IMG/VR virus record: IMGVR_UViG_3300031760_000037
DNA: 20,000 nucleotides
Strand: one strand, 5' to 3'
Origin: an uncultured virus (IMG/VR IMGVR_UViG_3300031760_000037)
Lineage: Duplodnaviria; Heunggongvirae; Uroviricota; Caudoviricetes
Part shown: positions 17,043 to 20,000 of the stretch, piece by piece
How positions within the stretch are numbered: position 1 is the first letter of the stretch
Layout of the letters: the number at the start of each line of letters is the position of its first letter
Notes under the pieces: generated by a model
Told to the model about the DNA's origin: nothing
Seen by the model: only the letters and a program-made list of their open reading frames with translations
Databases searched by the model: none
Made by a program: the position numbers and the translations under genes

Positions 17043-20000
17043 ATGGTTACCGTTGACGAAATAAAAAAACAAGTAGAAGCGACACATCCAGAATGGAGTG
17101 ATGAAATTAAACAACAATATGCTGAAAGAACAGCAGAACGTATAAATCAATATAATGAGCCAGAGGTATGAGCTGGAGATCCATGAGATGATAGCTTCGT
17201 TTGAGCTTTGTCTGCTAGAGCAACACAAGCTTGACAAGATATATCTCAACGGGCTGACGATTTAATATCAGATGAAGATGCTAAAAAAAGTTCATGGAAC
17301 TGATTTCTTGATCAAGCTGCAAATGTTTGATGAAGCTTAGTTTGATGAACAGTTAGAGCATTTTGAAGTATGCCAAAGTTCTGATGGGATGCTGTATGAT
17401 TAGCAACTTGAAGAACAAATTTTTGATTCTGAGATACTAAAAAAAGAGCAGAAGAATTAGAAGCTCAATGAGTATGAAGTGTTTGAGCTTGGATGACTGC
17501 AATCGAAGAATGAGCACAAAAAGATAATCTAACTTGAAGTTCAGATAATCTATTTGCTCAATGAGTAGATCAGTTAATTAATAATCCTCTTATATTCAAA
17601 GGAGTTTGAAGTTTATTAAAATGAGCTGCTTCTACAATTAGAGGAGTATCTAAAATATGAAAAGTTTGAAACGTTATTTCAAAGGCTGAGAAAGGTGTTT
17701 GAGCTGTGGCTAGTGTTGCTGATGATGCAACTAAAGCTGCAAGTAAATGAACATCATTTTTCCAGACAGTAAAAAACTGAGCAAAGAATGTTGTGAATAA
17801 AGTTGCTGAGAATAAAATCATTAATAATAAAGCAACAAGATGGATATGAGAAAAGGCTTTTAATTTTGCCTCATGATCATTAAAAGCTGTTACTCCAATT
17901 ATAGATTTCTGAACTCCAATAGTGAGATGAATAAACGCTGCTACATCATGATTTAAAGCTTCTGGTATTTGAGCTGCTATAAGAAATTGAGTATCTGAAA
18001 CTTTAGCATCTTGACTAGAAACTGCAGGAAAGGCTATAGCTAATCCTTATTCATATAGAATGCCAAGAATCTGGAGTTATGATCAAGCACAAAAACTTAT
18101 GTGAGATGCTGATGTTGCAAGACAAAGAGCATCAGACTTACAAGAATTTTACGATGAACATGGTTATTCTCTATTAAATGCTACATCGTTTGAAGATAAT
18201 GAAGCACTTAAAAAGTGGTATGATGAACAAGGAATTCCTGAAGAAAAAAGATTGTCTCTAGATGAAGCAAAGATGGAATTATGAAAGTCTGGAGATTCTT
18301 TTGTTAATAATCTTTTAGAGTGAACAAAAGATTTATTACAGTTCGCAGATCCATGGTCATATAACCAATGATATTATAATGCTGTACAAACTTCTCAGAG
18401 CTGAGTATATAATGAAGTAGCTACTTCTCCAAGATGAAGATTAAGAACATCTTGAGGATTAAGCATTGATTTAAATGACTGAACTATTACAGATGCAGAA
18501 TGAAACACAATCAATGCTGATGATTTAACTGATGAGCAGAGAGAAGATTTCGCTGCTGCTGTAGCTAAAATTCAAACATGAGATTATTCTGATGTTGAAA
18601 TAGAATGAGCAACTCCTGCTACTGAAGCTGATGAAACAGTTAATATCACTGGATTAAATCAAGATAATGAGAATGCTATCGCTATCGAAAGCATTGCTCA
18701 GAATTGAATGTTGACACAAAAGACAGTGTCTAAATTAATGAAATGAAATAAATCTGCTGATGCTGTATATATCACTACTCAATTAAATGAAACTTGAAAA
18801 CAGTTTGCTAAACAATTAGTAAACTTATATACTGCTGATGAATTAAACAAGAATCCATCATTACAAGCTAAAATCAATGAACAACTTTGAGCATATCAAA
18901 GATGGTTAAACGCTACTGCTGAAGTTATAAACGATGCTAGTTCTGATGTCTATTGACAAGCAAGTCGTATTCATTGAGTATATAGATTTAGAGATGCAAT
19001 GTCTCAAGCTATTTGACTATTATCAGATAGAGATGTCGCATTAATAAATTCTAATATCTATAGACAAGCTATTGACTATAACAACAGTTTGGAAGAATGA
19101 TTTGACCAAACATGGATGAAAGCAGCAACAGACGTTGTCCAGAAAACAGATGACTGGATTGTAAATACTTTATTAAGAGATGATGCTGCTGATTTAACTA
19201 ACGTTCTTTGACTTTCATGACTTTGAGATACTGCAGTAAATCCAAATGTTGTATGAGTTGCTTCTATGCTATGAGATGTTAGATCAGCTGTAGCTAATAA
19301 TGCTGCATACTTAATTGATACTGCTGTTGTTAATTTCTTGAATAACAACTTAGTTGAATGATATCTTTGAAAGGTCATTAATAAAGGTATGAATAAAATT
19401 ATGCCAGCAAAAATATTGGCTAATAAGCAGTATAATTTTATGAAATGATTCACGTCAGAATTTTCATCAGAACCATTAGAAAACTTCCTTGATGCTATAT
19501 CTATGGTAGAAAGTTCTGATACTAGTTATGACTTTATGCCATGATTACTAATATGAGCATTACAATGATGAATGGCTGGATATGCTTGAGCTAAATCAAA
19601 TTATTCATCTATCAATGACTATTTCTCTGATCCAAAGAATAGAACTGATATCTTAAATAGAATGTGAATTGATATCAGCAAAATTCCTGATCCAAAGAAA
19701 AAGGCATTAGCATTAGAAGTGACAAATAAAATGTTTGACAATGTTGTCGATGTTATGAAAAATGCTTATGCTAATTCAAACTATTGAGTTGAGAATCTAG
19801 CTCAATGATTAGCAATCACTATGATTAATAATGACATGGCTGAATATGCTACTGACATATTAAATCAAGCTCAAGAATATATTAATCAACAACAAACTAT
19901 TGCTAATGAAACTAATAATTGAGAATGGACTAATCAACAAATTGTTGACATATTTTGAACAACAGAAAATTTTGATGCTTATCAAAAAGGTGAGAACTTC
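17043..20000 (+). CDS. very large Gly/Ala-rich protein, probably virion internal/ejection protein (partial, >985 aa)
   Basis: ATG17043, open to the window end with TGA=Gly; amphipathic G/A-rich segments such as AANVGGSLVGGTVRAFG and FMPGLLIGALQGGMAGYAG; function is inferred. Confidence 0.8.

Noticed and set aside
12243..19453. Minus-strand track ORFs in the right arm (12243, 12257, 13105, 13495, 16376, 16677, 17019, 17570, 19076) and plus ORF 13547
   Set aside because: They overlap well-supported plus-strand genes in antisense or an alternative frame
1..20000. Pseudogene-riddled or degraded prophage interpretation
   Set aside because: The interruptions are only TGA, never TAA/TAG or frameshifts, and catalytic motifs are intact when TGA=Gly
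1..20000. tRNA genes (e.g. a suppressor tRNA-Gly UCA)
   Set aside because: No cloverleaf with T-loop GTTCRA and acceptor stem recognised by eye; tRNAscan-SE or ARAGORN would be decisive

Overview
AT-rich (~30% GC) bacteriophage DNA that uses a non-standard genetic code, which is why the supplied standard-code ORF track is fragmented and mostly spurious. TGA reads as Gly (terminase Walker A PRR-TGA-TGA-KS, HU IK-TGA-FGSF), and CGA/CGG most likely read as Trp. That combination points to an Absconditabacterales (SR1, CPR/Patescibacteria) host. Re-read with this code, the window is densely coding. The leftward arm (1-11830, minus strand) holds about 25 mostly small, acidic early-type genes, a membrane-anchored lysozyme-like protein and a Cas4-like PD-(D/E)xK nuclease. 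A repeat-rich divergence region lies at about 11900-12240. The rightward arm holds two hypotheticals, an N4 gp49/Sf6 gp66-family protein, an HU-like protein, a 990-aa terminase large subunit with a ~410-aa N-terminal extension, and the start of a >985-aa probable virion protein. The non-coding DNA carries a regulatory layer I do not recognise: six copies of a bipartite CCCCTG-N16-YAANYWWCC promoter-like motif, two covarying copies of a structured leader RNA, and a third dispersed hairpin/repeat family. All translations were done by eye and no database searches were run.
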